Assembly (NCBI GenBank): GCA_020852815.1
Contig: JADZAN010000015.1
Location: 70,840-134,839 of the forward strand
Reading direction: 5' to 3'
DNA: 64,000 nucleotides
Source of the DNA: Gemmatimonadaceae bacterium
GTDB taxonomy: Bacteria; Gemmatimonadota; Gemmatimonadetes; Gemmatimonadales; Gemmatimonadaceae
The notes under the pieces were generated by a model, which was given only the letters and a program-made list of their open reading frames with translations, made no database searches and was not told where the DNA came from. Of the stretch, positions 26,212-37,289 are shown piece by piece. The position numbers were made by a program, and so were the translations under genes. Numbering within the stretch: the stretch's first letter is position 1; each line of letters begins with the position of its first letter.

Positions 26212-27504
26212 CTAACGTCCCTTGCCCGAATCGCCGCGCGCGGCGGCACGCCCGGCGGGCGCCTTCCCTTCACTTCCCGCAGCGGCCGGCGCACCCGCGC
26301 CGCCCTGGCCATTGCGCCCTTCGTTGGGCCCCATCACGCGCACCTGCATCCCGCGGCCCAGCGCACCCACGTTGCCGACGATGATCTGGTCGCCGGCGGC
26401 GAGCCCGCTCAGGACCTGCGTCATGTTCTGCGTCTCGTCCACCACCCCGAGTTCGACCTCGACGTGCTCCACCTTTCCCCCCTCGATGCGGTACACGAAG
26501 GGCTTGTTGTCGCGCGCCGACTGCCGCACGGCGGGCGTGGGAATGGCGAGGGCGTTGGGGATGGACTGCCCGATGATGCGCCCCGTCGCAAACGAGTTCC
26601 CCTTGATCGCCCCGTCGCGATTGGGGACCTGGATGTAGACGGTGATGGAACGGTTCTGCGGATTGATGGTGGGCGCGATGCGCGCCACCTTTCCTTGCAG
26701 CTGTCGGCCAGCGGCGGCGAACCGCACCGGCTGCGACACCTTCAACTCGTTGGCCTGCCGCGCCGGCACCGACGCCTCGAGCTCCAGCACGTCGTTGCGC
26801 ACCACCGTGAAAATCGTGGCGCCGCGCGTCACGTGCTCCCCCGCCTCCACGGTGCGCGTGGACACCACACCAGTCGTGGGCGAGAGGATGCGCGTGTCGT
26901 TCGCGTTCTGCAGCGACGCCTTGAGCCTCGCCTCGGCCGCCGCCAGCCGCGCCTTGCTCGCCGCCAGCGCCTGCTGCGCCGTGCGCAAGTCACGCTCGGG
27001 GATCGCCCCCGCCTTGTACAACTCGTCCGACTGGTCGGCGTTCCACTGCGCGTTGGCCACGTCGGCCTTGGCCGATTCCACGTCGGCCGCTGCCGACGCG
27101 CGATCGCCCTCCTGCACCGCATTCTCGAAACGCGCCAGCAGCTGTCCCGCACCCACCCGATCCCCTTCGCGCACGTATACCTGCTGCACGTTCCCCTCCA
27201 CGCGCGAGCGGACCGCGATCTCCTCGATCGGCTTGAGGTCGCCGTTGATGAGGATGCTCGCCTCGATCGTCACCGTCCTGGCATCGGTCACGTCGGACGG
27301 GCCGAGGACCATGGCCGACGGGCCGCGACCGCCGGGACCGCCGGGACCACCACCGCCGGGACCGCCCTGCCCCGTGCCGGAGGTAGTGCCACCACCGTTC
27401 TTGGCCGCGCCACCGGGCGTCCCGGCCTGGCCGTCCTTGCCACACGCGGTGAGGGTCAACAGGGCGAGCGCGCCTAACGCGCCCGCGAAGGTCGAGTATC
27501 GCAC
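26212..27504 (-). CDS. RND efflux periplasmic adaptor (membrane fusion protein), lipoprotein
   Basis: GTG start at 27504. Lipobox LLTLTAC. Gly-rich linker, a coiled-coil hairpin (AQQALAASKARLAAAEARL) and beta-barrel domains. Lies 33 nt upstream of the pump gene. Confidence 0.88.
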   Translation of the reverse strand: MRYSTFAGALGALALLTLTACGKDGQAGTPGGAAKNGGGTTSGTGQGGPGGGGPGGPGGRGPSAMVLGPSDVTDARTVTIEASILINGDLKPIEEIAVRSRVEGNVQQVYVREGDRVGAGQLLARFENAVQEGDRASAAADVESAKADVANAQWNADQSDELYKAGAIPERDLRTAQQALAASKARLAAAEARLKASLQNANDTRILSPTTGVVSTRTVEAGEHVTRGATIFTVVRNDVLELEASVPARQANELKVSQPVRFAAAGRQLQGKVARIAPTINPQNRSITVYIQVPNRDGAIKGNSFATGRIIGQSIPNALAIPTPAVRQSARDNKPFVYRIEGGKVEHVEVELGVVDETQNMTQVLSGLAAGDQIIVGNVGALGRGMQVRVMGPNEGRNGQGGAGAPAAAGSEGKAPAGRAAARGDSGKGR

Positions 27505-27514
27505 AGGAAGTCCG

Positions 27515-28960
27515 TTATCGAGTCGTCGGTCGGGTCGGCGGGAGTGGAATGTCCACGCCGCGGGCGCGCGCCAGTTCGGCCGCTGCCAGGTAGTAGTCGA
27601 TCGTGGCGCGCGCGGCGTTGGTGCGCGCGGTGAGCAGCAGGAACTGCGCGTCCGACACCTCGAGCTGTGTGGCCAGCCCGCGCTCGAAGCGGAGGTTGGC
27701 GATGCGGAATGCCTCGTCGGCCTGGCTCACGTTCTCGCGCTGCGCGTCGAACGCCGCCTCGGCGCGCTGGTACTCGGCACGCGCGCGCGCTCTCTCCACG
27801 CCCACCATTTCGCGCTGCTGCGCCAGCTGCAACCGGGCAATCTTCTCCTGTGCCTGCGCCAGGTCCACGGCCCCCTTGGCACGCAGTCCGTCAAAGAGCG
27901 GCCACGACACGTTGAAGCCGAAGTTGCGGTCGGCAAACCAGCCGTTGTTCTGGCACGACTGTGACGCCGGTGCACCAGGGGCGCAGAACGCATGCGACGA
28001 GCGCCCCCAGATGGTCGGGAAACCATTCCCCGCCGGAAAAGCGAGATACCCCGTCTGAAAGAAGGCGCTGACGGTCGGCAGCAGGTCGGCGCGCGCCACG
28101 CGCACCCCCTCGCTGCGCGCGTTTACCGTCAGCTGCGCCGCTCGCTCCGACGGACGCGTGGGATCGGGAGAGCTGTCGCGCGCAATGCCCTGCACCACGG
28201 CACGCAGCGCCGCCGTGTCGATCTCCGACGTGAGCGAGAGCGGCCGAGCCGCCGGGATGTTCAGGATGCGGCGCAGCTCGATGTCGGCCAGCTCGCGCGC
28301 ATTGCGCGACTGCAACAGCGCCGGCTCCAGGTTCGTGCGCTCCACACGCGCCCGCAGCGCGTCGTAGCGCGACGCCCGCCCCGCGGCCAGCAGCTTCTCC
28401 ACCAACGCGATGCGCTCGTTGGCCAGGTCGAGATTGCGCTGCTGGATCGCCTCCAGTTCGCGCTGCAGCAGCCCGTTGAGGTACGCGCGCTGCACGTCGA
28501 CCGAGAGTTGCGCCTGTGTCTCCGCCACCGTGAGGCGCGAGGCGCCGCGCACATCGCTCGCGGCGCGCGCACCAGCAAAGATGCGTCCCCCCTGAAAGAG
28601 CACCTGGGAGACGTTGATGTTGGAGTTGTAGTTGAAGTTCTGCCGGAAGAGCGAGTTCACCGCGTCGGCGCGCGCATTCCTCAGCACCTGCGAGTAGCTC
28701 GCCGCCAGCCGCGCCTGCGGAAGTCCGGCCGCACGCGCCGTGGTGACCTGTGCATCGGCCACTTCTACCTGTGCACCGGCAATGCGCGCTTCATCAGACT
28801 CGCGCAACGCACGCGTGACGGCGTCGACGATGCTCAACCGCACCGTGTCGCGTTCGGCCGCAGCGTCCGCGCGCAACTGTTGCGCCCGAAGTGGTTCGCG
28901 CGGTATCGCGGCGCCCACAACGGTCGCCAGCAAGAAGGGATAGAAAAGTCGGTGATTCAT
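27515..28960 (-). CDS. TolC-family outer-membrane efflux protein
   Basis: ATG 28960 (MNHRLFYPFLLATVVGAAI...). Duplicated alpha-helical/beta repeat typical of OMF proteins. Lies 10 nt upstream of the adaptor gene. The ORF-track N-terminal extension to 29242 is not credible. Confidence 0.85.
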   Translation of the reverse strand: MNHRLFYPFLLATVVGAAIPREPLRAQQLRADAAAERDTVRLSIVDAVTRALRESDEARIAGAQVEVADAQVTTARAAGLPQARLAASYSQVLRNARADAVNSLFRQNFNYNSNINVSQVLFQGGRIFAGARAASDVRGASRLTVAETQAQLSVDVQRAYLNGLLQRELEAIQQRNLDLANERIALVEKLLAAGRASRYDALRARVERTNLEPALLQSRNARELADIELRRILNIPAARPLSLTSEIDTAALRAVVQGIARDSSPDPTRPSERAAQLTVNARSEGVRVARADLLPTVSAFFQTGYLAFPAGNGFPTIWGRSSHAFCAPGAPASQSCQNNGWFADRNFGFNVSWPLFDGLRAKGAVDLAQAQEKIARLQLAQQREMVGVERARARAEYQRAEAAFDAQRENVSQADEAFRIANLRFERGLATQLEVSDAQFLLLTARTNAARATIDYYLAAAELARARGVDIPLPPTRPTTR

Positions 28961-29285
28961 CTGACAACGTACGCGCGGAGTCGCTTCGCCGTTCATGAAA
29001 GTTTGGGGGGTGCGCCCAGAGCCTTCCAAGATCGCACATTGCCCCTCTCGACACGTAGTCGCCGTGCAATCGCACAGCGCAAACGCGTTGGGACAACCGC
29101 ACATCGCGCGCGGATGGACGGCCGACGTTGGACGTGCACACCACCCCCTCATTAAGAAACTGCGACGACGTTCCGGTCGCCCCAAAGCCGCCGCCCCCGC
29201 CCCCGTCCTGACCTCACCCAATCGCGGTTCATCCCCCGCCATTGCCGGAATCGGCTCCGAACAACAAGCTTCCCCTTCCCAAGTA

Positions 29286-29633
29286 ATGGGAGAACCGGTG
29301 AACGATAACTCGCTCGAGCTCCTGCAGGGGACGCTGGACGTCCTCGTGCTCAGGACGCTGGCCTGGGGGGCGATGCACGGCTACGCCATCACCCGGTGGA
29401 TCCGCGAGCGGACCGAGGGGACGATTGCGATCGAGGATGCCCCGCTCTACAAGGCGCTGCACCGCCTGGAGCGACTCGGCTTCGTCGAGGCCGACTGGGG
29501 GGTGTCGGAGAACAATCGGCGGGCGCGCTACTACCGGCTGACGCCGGCGGGGCGCGCGGCGCTCTCCCAGAAGGAGTCGTCGTGGCGGCGCTATGCCGCC
29601 GCCGTCTTCCGGGTCCTGGAGCCGACCTCATGA
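29286..29633 (+). CDS. PadR-family transcriptional regulator
   Basis: [63 protein letters not shown] is a winged helix of PadR type. Confidence 0.9.
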   Translation: MGEPVNDNSLELLQGTLDVLVLRTLAWGAMHGYAITRWIRERTEGTIAIEDAPLYKALHRLERLGFVEADWGVSENNRRARYYRLTPAGRAALSQKESSWRRYAAAVFRVLEPTS

Positions 29634-32281
29634 AACGCTTCATTCGACTGCCGAGCCGTTCCCGCGGGCGCATCGAACGGGACGTGGCGGACGAACTCGA
29701 CTTCCACCTGCGTGAGCGCGCCGAGGCGCTCGTCGCCAGCGGTTTCGCCCCCGACGAGGCGCTGCGCCAGGCCGAGCAGGAGTTCGGCGACATCAGGGGG
29801 ACGCGCCGCTTCCTGACCCGGTTCGACAACCAGACGGAGCACATGACCGGACGGCGCGACTACTTCGGCGACTTGCGCCAGGACATCTGGTACGCCCTGC
29901 GCGCCTTGCGTCGCGCCCCCGGCTTCACGGCGACCGCGGTCCTGACCCTCGCGCTGGGGATCGGCGCCAATATCGCGATCTTCTCCGTCGTGAACGGGGT
30001 GCTCCTGCGCCCGCTCCCCTTCCCGCGTCCCGAGGCGCTCTACCGGGTGTGGTCGGCGGGCCCGAACGACGGCGTGACGAGGGCTGCCGTCTCCGCGGTC
30101 GACCTCGACGACTGGCGCGCACAGCGACGCGCGATCCTCGACATGGGGGGCTTCTGGTATGCGGCCGGCGGGAGCGGGATCGACATGCTGGGTCGTGGCG
30201 AGCCGCGACGGCTGTCGGCCGTCTTCACGACCGCCGGCTTCTACGGAACGCTGGCGATGACGCCAGCGGTTGGACGCGTCCCTCGCGAGGATGAACTAGT
30301 CCGCGGCGGGCGAGACCGGGTGGTCATGTTGTCGCACGCCTTCTGGGAGAAGGAGTTCGGGGGCGACTCGGCCGTGGTGGGGACGTCGCTCACGCTGGGG
30401 AGCGAAGCGTACGAAGTATTGGGAGTCATGCCTGCGGGGCTGAGCTATCCGGCCCCAGACGTCGACGTCTTTGTCCCGTACTCCACCATCCCCGACGCAG
30501 CCATTCCGCGAATTCGCCCCACGCGGATTCTCGACGTGGTGGCCCGCGCGCGCGATGGCGTCACGCGCGCCGCGGTGGAGCAGGAGCTGCAGGCGATCAC
30601 CGCGCGGCTGGCGCGCGAGTATCCGGAGAACGCGGCGTTGGGGTCGGCGACCGTCGTCCCGCTGCACGAAGCGCTGACCGGGAACGTGCGCACGGGACTG
30701 TTCCTCCTGTCGGCCGCGGTCATGCTCGTGCTCCTCATCGCCTGCGTGAACGTGGCGTCGCTGCAACTGGCGCGTGGGAGCGTGCGGGGGCGCGAGCTTG
30801 CCGTGCGCCGCGCGCTGGGCGCGTCGGGAGGGCGCATCGTGCGGCAGCTCCTCACGGAGAGCATGGTGCTGTCGCTGGTTGGAGGGGTGGCGGGCGTGGC
30901 GCTGGCCGCGCTAAGCGTGCGTGCGCTGCAGGCGCTTGGGACGCGTGAGCTTCCGCGCGGCAGCGAGTCGTCGCTGGACGGGACCGTGCTCGCCTTTGCA
31001 CTGGCACTGTCTGTGTTGTCCGGGATTCTGTTTGGCCTCGTTCCCGCGTGGCGATCGGCTGCCAGCGCGCCGCAGCGCGCGCTGCGCGACGCCGCTCGCG
31101 GCATTGCCGGCGATGGTGCCACGCGCCTGCGCAGCGGCCTCGTGGTGGCCGAAGTGGCGCTGGCGCTCATGCTTGTAGCTGGCGGGGCGGTGATGACGCG
31201 CTCCTTCATGGCGCTCCTCCACGTGGACCCTGGCTTCCGGCCGGACCACACCGTCGTGCTCAACTACACGCTCAGCGACGAGCGCCACCAGGACTACACC
31301 ATCACCTACCAACAGGTGCTGGAGCGGGTGCGCGCCGTTCCGGGCGTGGTCGGCGCCGCATCCATGAAGGATGCGCCGCTGCGAGGCGTGGGCGAGCGCA
31401 TCGGCTTTCGGCTTCCCGGCATGACGATCCCCGCCGGTGAGGAGGGACCGTCGGCGGCGAGCCTTCACGTGAGCGACGACATCTTCCGAACGTTAGGGAC
31501 GCGCCTCGTCTCGGGGCGGGAGTTCGCCCCGACCGATCGGCGCGGCGCGCCCTTCGTCATGGTGGTCAACGAGGCCTTCGCGCGTCGCTGGTTCCCGGGG
31601 CAGGAGGCGCTGGGCAAGTCGCTCCTGTTTGGCGAGTCGACATCGGCCGAGATCGTGGGCGTGGTGGGCGACATCCGCCAGCGCTCGATGGCCGAGGCGG
31701 CGGAGCCCACGGTGTACATACACGTGCCGCAGAACGGGCGCGTGCGCATGAACCTCGTGGTGCGCACGCGTGGCGAACCGCTGGCGCTCGGCCCCGCCAT
31801 CCGCAACGCGATCTGGTCGGTCGACCGCTTGCAGACGATCACTTCCATCTTCACGCTGGACCAGGCGCTGGGCGAGGCGGTGGCGAGGCCGCGGCTCCTG
31901 ATGGTGCTGATGGCGGCGTTCGGCGTGCTGGGGTTGGCGTTAGGCGCGCTGGGGCTCTACGGCGTCCTGTCCTACCTGGTCAACCAGCGCCGGCGCGAGA
32001 TCGGCGTGCGACTGGCCCTGGGGGCCGACGTGGGGCGCGTGCGCCAGATGGTGGTGGGCTACGGATTGCGCCTGACGGCCATCGGCGTGGTGCTGGGGCT
32101 CGCCGGCGCGGTGGCCGCGGGACGGCTGCTGGGCACCCTCGTCTACGGCGTGAACCCGGTGGACCCGGCGCTGCTCGCGCTGGTGTCGCTCACCTTGCTG
32201 GGCGTCGCGGCGGCATCGAGCTGGGCCCCCGCGCGGCGCGCCTCGCTGGTGGATCCGGCGGTCACGCTGCGCGAGGAGTGA
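29630..32281 (+). CDS. ADOP-family duplicated permease (MacB-like periplasmic domain + FtsX, twice)
   Basis: ATG 29630 overlaps the PadR stop (ATGA). The N-terminal [21 protein letters not shown] leader is typical of PadR-linked ADOP permeases. Two FtsX-type 4-TM modules. Confidence 0.88.
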   Translation: MKRFIRLPSRSRGRIERDVADELDFHLRERAEALVASGFAPDEALRQAEQEFGDIRGTRRFLTRFDNQTEHMTGRRDYFGDLRQDIWYALRALRRAPGFTATAVLTLALGIGANIAIFSVVNGVLLRPLPFPRPEALYRVWSAGPNDGVTRAAVSAVDLDDWRAQRRAILDMGGFWYAAGGSGIDMLGRGEPRRLSAVFTTAGFYGTLAMTPAVGRVPREDELVRGGRDRVVMLSHAFWEKEFGGDSAVVGTSLTLGSEAYEVLGVMPAGLSYPAPDVDVFVPYSTIPDAAIPRIRPTRILDVVARARDGVTRAAVEQELQAITARLAREYPENAALGSATVVPLHEALTGNVRTGLFLLSAAVMLVLLIACVNVASLQLARGSVRGRELAVRRALGASGGRIVRQLLTESMVLSLVGGVAGVALAALSVRALQALGTRELPRGSESSLDGTVLAFALALSVLSGILFGLVPAWRSAASAPQRALRDAARGIAGDGATRLRSGLVVAEVALALMLVAGGAVMTRSFMALLHVDPGFRPDHTVVLNYTLSDERHQDYTITYQQVLERVRAVPGVVGAASMKDAPLRGVGERIGFRLPGMTIPAGEEGPSAASLHVSDDIFRTLGTRLVSGREFAPTDRRGAPFVMVVNEAFARRWFPGQEALGKSLLFGESTSAEIVGVVGDIRQRSMAEAAEPTVYIHVPQNGRVRMNLVVRTRGEPLALGPAIRNAIWSVDRLQTITSIFTLDQALGEAVARPRLLMVLMAAFGVLGLALGALGLYGVLSYLVNQRRREIGVRLALGADVGRVRQMVVGYGLRLTAIGVVLGLAGAVAAGRLLGTLVYGVNPVDPALLALVSLTLLGVAAASSWAPARRASLVDPAVTLREE

Positions 32282-32316
32282 TGCTGCGCGAGGAGTGACG
32301 CGGCGCGAGCAGTGAC
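32266..32316. repeat. 17-nt tandem repeat x3 spanning the permease stop codon
   Basis: GCTGCGCGAGGAGTGAT, GCTGCGCGAGGAGTGAC, GCGGCGCGAGCAGTGAC. Unit 1 contains the TGA at 32279-32281. Confidence 0.8.
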
Positions 32317-32330
32317 GGTGCAACTGGCGA

Positions 32331-34442
32331 TCAGGGCGCCGGTGCCGCGATCGCCAGCAGCTTGCGCACGTCGCCCACGATGGCCACGCGCAACGCCTCC
32401 ACCGGCGCGTCGTAGCGCTTGAGTTCCTCCGCCGACCGACTAGCCCAGTCGGCAGGGGCGCGGCGGCCGGCCGCGATGAAGCCCAGCGCCTCGGCCCCGA
32501 TGGCCGCCGTGCGCGCGAGCGCGCGCGCCGCCGGGACCGCCTGCGCCAGCGTGGGCGATTGCGCGCCGAGCGCCTCGATGCGCGGCAGAAGTTGCGACCA
32601 GCGCTGGAAGGCGATGAGGAGCGAGTCGCGCGCCGCAACATCACCCGCGTCGAGCACCACGCGCCTGACGAGCCGCTCGGTCATCCAGCGACCAGCGGGA
32701 TCGGGGCGCGAGGCATCGACGAGGCGCGTGAGCGGGTGGCGCTGGTTGAGCATTGCCCCGTTGGTGGTCTGCCCGAACGCCGGTGGCTGCACCGCCGTGA
32801 AGAGCGACTCGACGGGCGTGGTGTCCAAGCCCGGGGCGATGGTGGCGAGCATGCGCGCCGGGTGCGAGCGCACGCGGAAGCCGGCCCCCTCGAGCCGATC
32901 GGTGAGGAGTTCGAGCCGGCGATACATGTCGCCGACGTCGGTGACGGTGCGCGGCGACCAGAGTCGCTCGGCGATGGCCCCCAGGCGCGGCCAGATGCGC
33001 GAGTCGGCGCTCTCGGCCGTGATGTACTCCGCCCAGATGCACGCCTCGCCGCCAAGGATGAGCCTCTGCTGCGCGGGGGTGAGTTCGTCGAACTGCGGCA
33101 CCGGGTCGGCGGCGTAGTACTCGCTGGCCGGCTTGATGTGGTCCAGGTACCACGGCGCCGACAGGATGCCGGAGAAGCCCTGCTTCGCGGAGTTTGCCAG
33201 GTACTGCGTCCCGCGCCAGGACTGGACCACCGTGCGCGGCGGCAGGTCGGGGTGGAGGATCTCGTCCCACCCCATCATGCGCTTCCCGTGCCTGGTGAGG
33301 ATCGCCGTGAGGCGCTTGTTGAAGTGCGCCTGCAGCGCGTCGTTGTCCTTGAAGCCGTGCCGCTTGCGCCAGGCGACGATGTCGGCGTTCGAGTCCCAGT
33401 GCTTGGCCTCGACCTCGTCGCCACCGATGTGCCAGTACGCGTCGGGGAAGAGCGGCGCCATCTCGTCGATGAAGCGCGCAATGAAGGTGTAGGTCTCCTC
33501 CCTGGTGGGATCGAAGATCGCGTCGGCGCCACCCCACTCGCGGCGGATGGCGATGGGGGGACGCTGGGCGCTGTACTGCGGGTAGCCGACGAACCACGCC
33601 GTGGTGTGCCCCGGCATGTCGAACTCCGGGACGACGCGAATGCCGCGATCGCGCGCGTAAGCCACCACCTCGCGCACCTCTTCCTGCGTGAAGTACAGCC
33701 CGTCGCTCCCCAGCTCGTGCAACCTGGGAAAGCGCTTGCTCTCCACGCGGAACCCCTGGTCGTCGCTCAGGTGCCAGTGCAGGACGTTGAGCTTGACCAT
33801 CGCCATTCCGTCGATCGTCTTCTTCACCTGCTCGATGGGCATGAAGTGGCGCGAGACGTCGAGGTTGAGGCCGCGCCACGGGAAGCGCGGCTCATCGGCG
33901 ATGGAGACGGCGCGGATGCCGAAGCCCGCCGCGTCCGATTCCACCAGCTGCAACAGCGTCTCCAACCCGCGCAAGGCGCCCACCGTCGTCGCCGCCTGCA
34001 GCGTGGCGCCGTCGCGCGCCACGCTCAGCGTGTAGCGCTCGTCCTCGTCCACCCCCTGCACCGGAAGCCCGGCTCCGCGCACGTCGATGGCGATGGTGCG
34101 CGGCGTCGCGGTGCGGGAAATGGAGCGCGACACCGGCTGCGAGATGCGGCGCGCCAGGCGCGCCTGGAAGCGGGCGATGGCCCGTTCGAGCCGCGCGTCG
34201 CTGTGCCCGGTGACGGCGATCGCCGTGGTGCTGTCGATTGCGAAGCGCCCCTCGCCGAGTCGCAGCGTCGAGGGGACGGGGAGGAGCGGCGTTCCCTGAG
34301 ATGGCGCGCCCTGCTCCGCTGCGCCCCGCCCCGCACCGCCCGCCGCGCGCGCCCCCTGTGCCGCGAGCTCTCCCGTGGTGAACGGGCACAACGAGGCGAA
34401 GGCGCCCAGCGTGAGCGACGAAACCAGCGACCGAGTCAGCAT
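32331..34442 (-). CDS. GH20 beta-N-acetylhexosaminidase, secreted
   Basis: ATG 34442 with a signal peptide (MLTRSLVSSLTLGAFASL..). Motifs LNVLHWHLSDDQGFRVES and YWHIGGDEV. Confidence 0.88.
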   Translation of the reverse strand: MLTRSLVSSLTLGAFASLCPFTTGELAAQGARAAGGAGRGAAEQGAPSQGTPLLPVPSTLRLGEGRFAIDSTTAIAVTGHSDARLERAIARFQARLARRISQPVSRSISRTATPRTIAIDVRGAGLPVQGVDEDERYTLSVARDGATLQAATTVGALRGLETLLQLVESDAAGFGIRAVSIADEPRFPWRGLNLDVSRHFMPIEQVKKTIDGMAMVKLNVLHWHLSDDQGFRVESKRFPRLHELGSDGLYFTQEEVREVVAYARDRGIRVVPEFDMPGHTTAWFVGYPQYSAQRPPIAIRREWGGADAIFDPTREETYTFIARFIDEMAPLFPDAYWHIGGDEVEAKHWDSNADIVAWRKRHGFKDNDALQAHFNKRLTAILTRHGKRMMGWDEILHPDLPPRTVVQSWRGTQYLANSAKQGFSGILSAPWYLDHIKPASEYYAADPVPQFDELTPAQQRLILGGEACIWAEYITAESADSRIWPRLGAIAERLWSPRTVTDVGDMYRRLELLTDRLEGAGFRVRSHPARMLATIAPGLDTTPVESLFTAVQPPAFGQTTNGAMLNQRHPLTRLVDASRPDPAGRWMTERLVRRVVLDAGDVAARDSLLIAFQRWSQLLPRIEALGAQSPTLAQAVPAARALARTAAIGAEALGFIAAGRRAPADWASRSAEELKRYDAPVEALRVAIVGDVRKLLAIAAPAP

Positions 34443-34542
34443 CGGCAGAATGTGACAGTGCAACCCCACCCCAACCAGTGCCCCCCGCCCACACCGCCGC
34501 CGCAACATCGAGGTATCCTCCCCTCCCCTACTCAGGTATTAT

Positions 34543-34614
34543 CTCGTCTTCTCGTCCTCTCGTCCTCTCGTCCTCTCGTCCCCAGCCTTCGCTGGGGCGG
34601 GCTTCTCGTCCTCT
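34543..34614 (+). repeat. Repeat family 1, locus B
   Basis: (TCGTCCTC)x4 run, then hairpin CCCCAGCCTTCGCTGGGG (34580-34597), then CGGGCTTCTCGTCCTCT. Lies in the divergent intergenic region. Confidence 0.85.
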
Positions 34615-34625
34615 GCCCCACCCAG

Positions 34626-36398
34626 ATGCGCCTCGTCACTCTCGACTGGATCATCGTCGCCATCTCGGTGGTGATCTCCTTCCTCCCGGCGGTCTTCTTC
34701 TACAAGCGCGCCGGTTCGAGCACCGAGGAGTTCTTCACCTCCGGGCGCGCCGCTCCGTGGTGGCTGGTCGGGATCTCGATGGTCGCGACGACCTTCAGCA
34801 CCGACACCCCCAACCTCGTGACCAACATGGTCCGCGAAAACGGGGTGGCCGACAACTGGCTGTGGTGGTCGTTTCTCCTGACGGGGATGATGACGGTCTT
34901 CTTCTTCGCGAAGCTGTGGCGCCGCTCGCGCGTGATGACCGACCTCGAGTTCTACGAGCTGCGCTACTCGGGCAAGGCCGCGACCTTCGTGCGCGGCTTC
35001 CGCGCCCTCTACCTCGGCCTCTTCTTCAACTGCGTCATCATGGCAACGGTGAACCTGGCCGCCGCCAAGATCGGCAACATCGTGTTGGGGCTCCCGATGT
35101 GGCAGACGCTGCTCTATGCCTCGATCATCACGATCTTCTTTGCCTCGGTGTCGGGGCTGTGGGGGGTACTGGTCACCGACTCCATCCAGTTCCTCATCAC
35201 GATGTCGTCCACCTTCGCGGTGGCGTACTTCGCGTTGCAGCAGCCCGAAGTTGGGGGGTTGGCCGGGCTCATGGCCAAGATCCCGCCGTCGCGCCTCAAC
35301 CTCCTCCCCGACTTCAGCAACAACTGGAACGTCGCGCTCTCGGTCATGATCATCCCCATCACCATCCAGTGGTGGTCGGTCTGGTATCCCGGCGCCGAGC
35401 CGGGGGGCGGGAGCTACATCGCCCAGCGCATGCTCGCCTCCAAGACAGAGAAGGACGCCGTCATCGGGACGATGTTCTTCAACGTGATGCACTACGCGCT
35501 GCGTCCGTGGCCGTGGATCATCGTGGCACTCGCCTCCACGCTCATCTTCCCGCAGCTCAGCGACATCGCCGCGTCGTACCCGTACGTGGACCCCACGCTC
35601 ATCGGGCACGACATGGCGTACCCGGCGATGCTCAAGTTCCTCCCCGCCGGCTTTCTTGGCGCGATGGTGGCCGGGATGCTCGCCGCCTATCGCTCCACCA
35701 TCGAGACGCACCTCAACTGGGGGACGTCGTACCTCGTCCACGACTTCTATCGCCGCTTCCTGCGCCCAGGCGAGACGGAGAAGCACTACGTCCTCGTGGG
35801 TCGCCTCGTCACCGCGGGGCTCATGATCTGCGCGGCGCTTCTGACCTTTGGGCTCAGCTCGGCCAAGGAGAGCTTCGACCTGATCCTGTCGATCGGCGCG
35901 GGCACCGGGCTGCTCTACATCCTGCGCTGGTTCTGGTGGCGCATCAATGCGTGGAGCGAGGTGGCGGCGATGGTGAGTTCGTTCGTCATCTCGGTCGGCT
36001 TCTTCATCGCCCGCAAGAACGGTGTGGCGCTGGGCAGCGAGGTCTCGCTGGTGATCACCATCGTCGCATCGACGGCGGTGTGGATGACGGTGACCTTCCT
36101 TGCGCCGCAGACCGACCGCGCGCGCCTCATCTCGTTCTACAAGCTGGTGCGCCCCGCGGGGCCGGGGTGGACGGATATCCGTCACGCCAGCGGCGACACG
36201 CGCTCGCCCGACTCGCTTACGCTGTCGCTCGTTGGGTGGATGCTCGGCATCACCTTTGTCTACTCGGCGCTCTTTGGCACCGGGAGCTTCCTGTACGGAC
36301 GCACCGCGACGGGGATGATGTGGCTGGGCGCCTTCCTCGTGTCGGGTTACTTCCTGCTCCGCCTGATGCCGCGCCTCTGGGCCGGATCGGAAGATTGA
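34626..36398 (+). CDS. Sodium:solute symporter (SSS) family transporter
   Basis: ATG 34626. Polytopic, with FFTSGRAAPWWLVGISMVATTFSTDTP typical of the SSF N-terminus. The upstream part of ORF 32559..36398 is antisense to GH20. Confidence 0.85.
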   Translation: MRLVTLDWIIVAISVVISFLPAVFFYKRAGSSTEEFFTSGRAAPWWLVGISMVATTFSTDTPNLVTNMVRENGVADNWLWWSFLLTGMMTVFFFAKLWRRSRVMTDLEFYELRYSGKAATFVRGFRALYLGLFFNCVIMATVNLAAAKIGNIVLGLPMWQTLLYASIITIFFASVSGLWGVLVTDSIQFLITMSSTFAVAYFALQQPEVGGLAGLMAKIPPSRLNLLPDFSNNWNVALSVMIIPITIQWWSVWYPGAEPGGGSYIAQRMLASKTEKDAVIGTMFFNVMHYALRPWPWIIVALASTLIFPQLSDIAASYPYVDPTLIGHDMAYPAMLKFLPAGFLGAMVAGMLAAYRSTIETHLNWGTSYLVHDFYRRFLRPGETEKHYVLVGRLVTAGLMICAALLTFGLSSAKESFDLILSIGAGTGLLYILRWFWWRINAWSEVAAMVSSFVISVGFFIARKNGVALGSEVSLVITIVASTAVWMTVTFLAPQTDRARLISFYKLVRPAGPGWTDIRHASGDTRSPDSLTLSLVGWMLGITFVYSALFGTGSFLYGRTATGMMWLGAFLVSGYFLLRLMPRLWAGSED

Positions 36399-36414
36399 GC
36401 GGCGCCGACGTCGC

Positions 36415-37272
36415 ATGACGCCTCCGCCCCGCGCCACCACACCGCTCGCCATCACGCCGCTTGCCACCACGCGCGCCGTGATCCTCGCGCGCGGCCTGGG
36501 CACGCGCATGCGACAGGCCGACCCGGGCGCCACGCTCGACGCCCAACAGGCCGCAGTGGCCGACGCCGGCGTGAAGGGGATGATCCCGATCGCTCGCCCC
36601 TTCCTCGACTACGTCATCAGCGCGCTCGCCGACGCCGGCATCACCGACGTCTGCCTCATCATCGGCCCCGAGCACCAGGCGGTGCGCGACTACTACGGCG
36701 CGCTCGCCATGTCGCGCGTGCGCGTGCACTTCGCCATACAGCACGAGCCGCGCGGCACCGCAGACGCCGTCGCCGCGGCGCGAGAGTTTGCCGCAGACGC
36801 GACGTTCCTCGTCCTCAACTCCGACAACTACTACCCGGTGGAGGCGTATCGCGCCCTAGCCGCCATCGCTGGCTCAGGGCTCGTCGGATTCGAACGCGAG
36901 GCGCTGGTCGCCGAGAGCAACATTCCCGAGGAGCGCATTCGCCGGTTTGCCTTGGTCGCCACCGATGCCACCGGCGCCCTCACCGAGATCGTGGAGAAGC
37001 CGGACGAGGCGACGTATGCGCGCATGTCGCAGCACGCGCTCGTCAGCATGAACCTGTGGTCCTTCTCGCCGGCGATCTTCGAGGCGTGCGCGCAGGTGCA
37101 ACCGTCGCCGCGCGGAGAGCTCGAGCTGCAGGATGCGGTGCGCATTGCGATGCATGAGCTGGGGGAGCGATTCACCGTCGTCCCGATGGCGGCCGGCGTC
37201 CTCGACCTCTCCAGCCGCCGCGATATTCCCGCGGTCGCGGCGCGACTCGACGGCGTGACGGTCGCGCTGTAG
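36415..37272 (+). CDS. Sugar-phosphate nucleotidyltransferase (NTP_transferase fold)
   Basis: AVILARGLGTRMR is a G-x-G-T-R-type signature. ..IIGPEHQAVRDYYG..HEPRGTADAV..VLNSDNYY. Lies 16 nt after the symporter stop. Confidence 0.8.
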   Translation: MTPPPRATTPLAITPLATTRAVILARGLGTRMRQADPGATLDAQQAAVADAGVKGMIPIARPFLDYVISALADAGITDVCLIIGPEHQAVRDYYGALAMSRVRVHFAIQHEPRGTADAVAAAREFAADATFLVLNSDNYYPVEAYRALAAIAGSGLVGFEREALVAESNIPEERIRRFALVATDATGALTEIVEKPDEATYARMSQHALVSMNLWSFSPAIFEACAQVQPSPRGELELQDAVRIAMHELGERFTVVPMAAGVLDLSSRRDIPAVAARLDGVTVAL

Positions 37273-37289
37273 CGGTGTAGCTTACGGCC

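Noticed and set aside
27515-29242. Full 575-aa version of the TolC-like ORF (and similar N-terminal extensions of ORFs 19390..21321, 50207..51691, 16440..18215, 32331..34508)
   Set aside because: The extensions precede obvious signal peptides and run into intergenic or divergent promoter regions. Internal ATG/GTG starts give canonical leaders.
32559-34625. Upstream 689 codons of the 1279-aa ORF 32559..36398 (+)
   Set aside because: It is antisense to the GH20 gene, with an Arg/Gly/Asp-rich translation. The real symporter starts at ATG 34626, after the intergenic repeat.
34539-36533. 664-aa ORF on the minus strand
   Set aside because: It is entirely antisense to the symporter gene. Its composition (R, G, D, E, H, P runs) has no hydrophobic core or motif, so it is a high-GC artefact.
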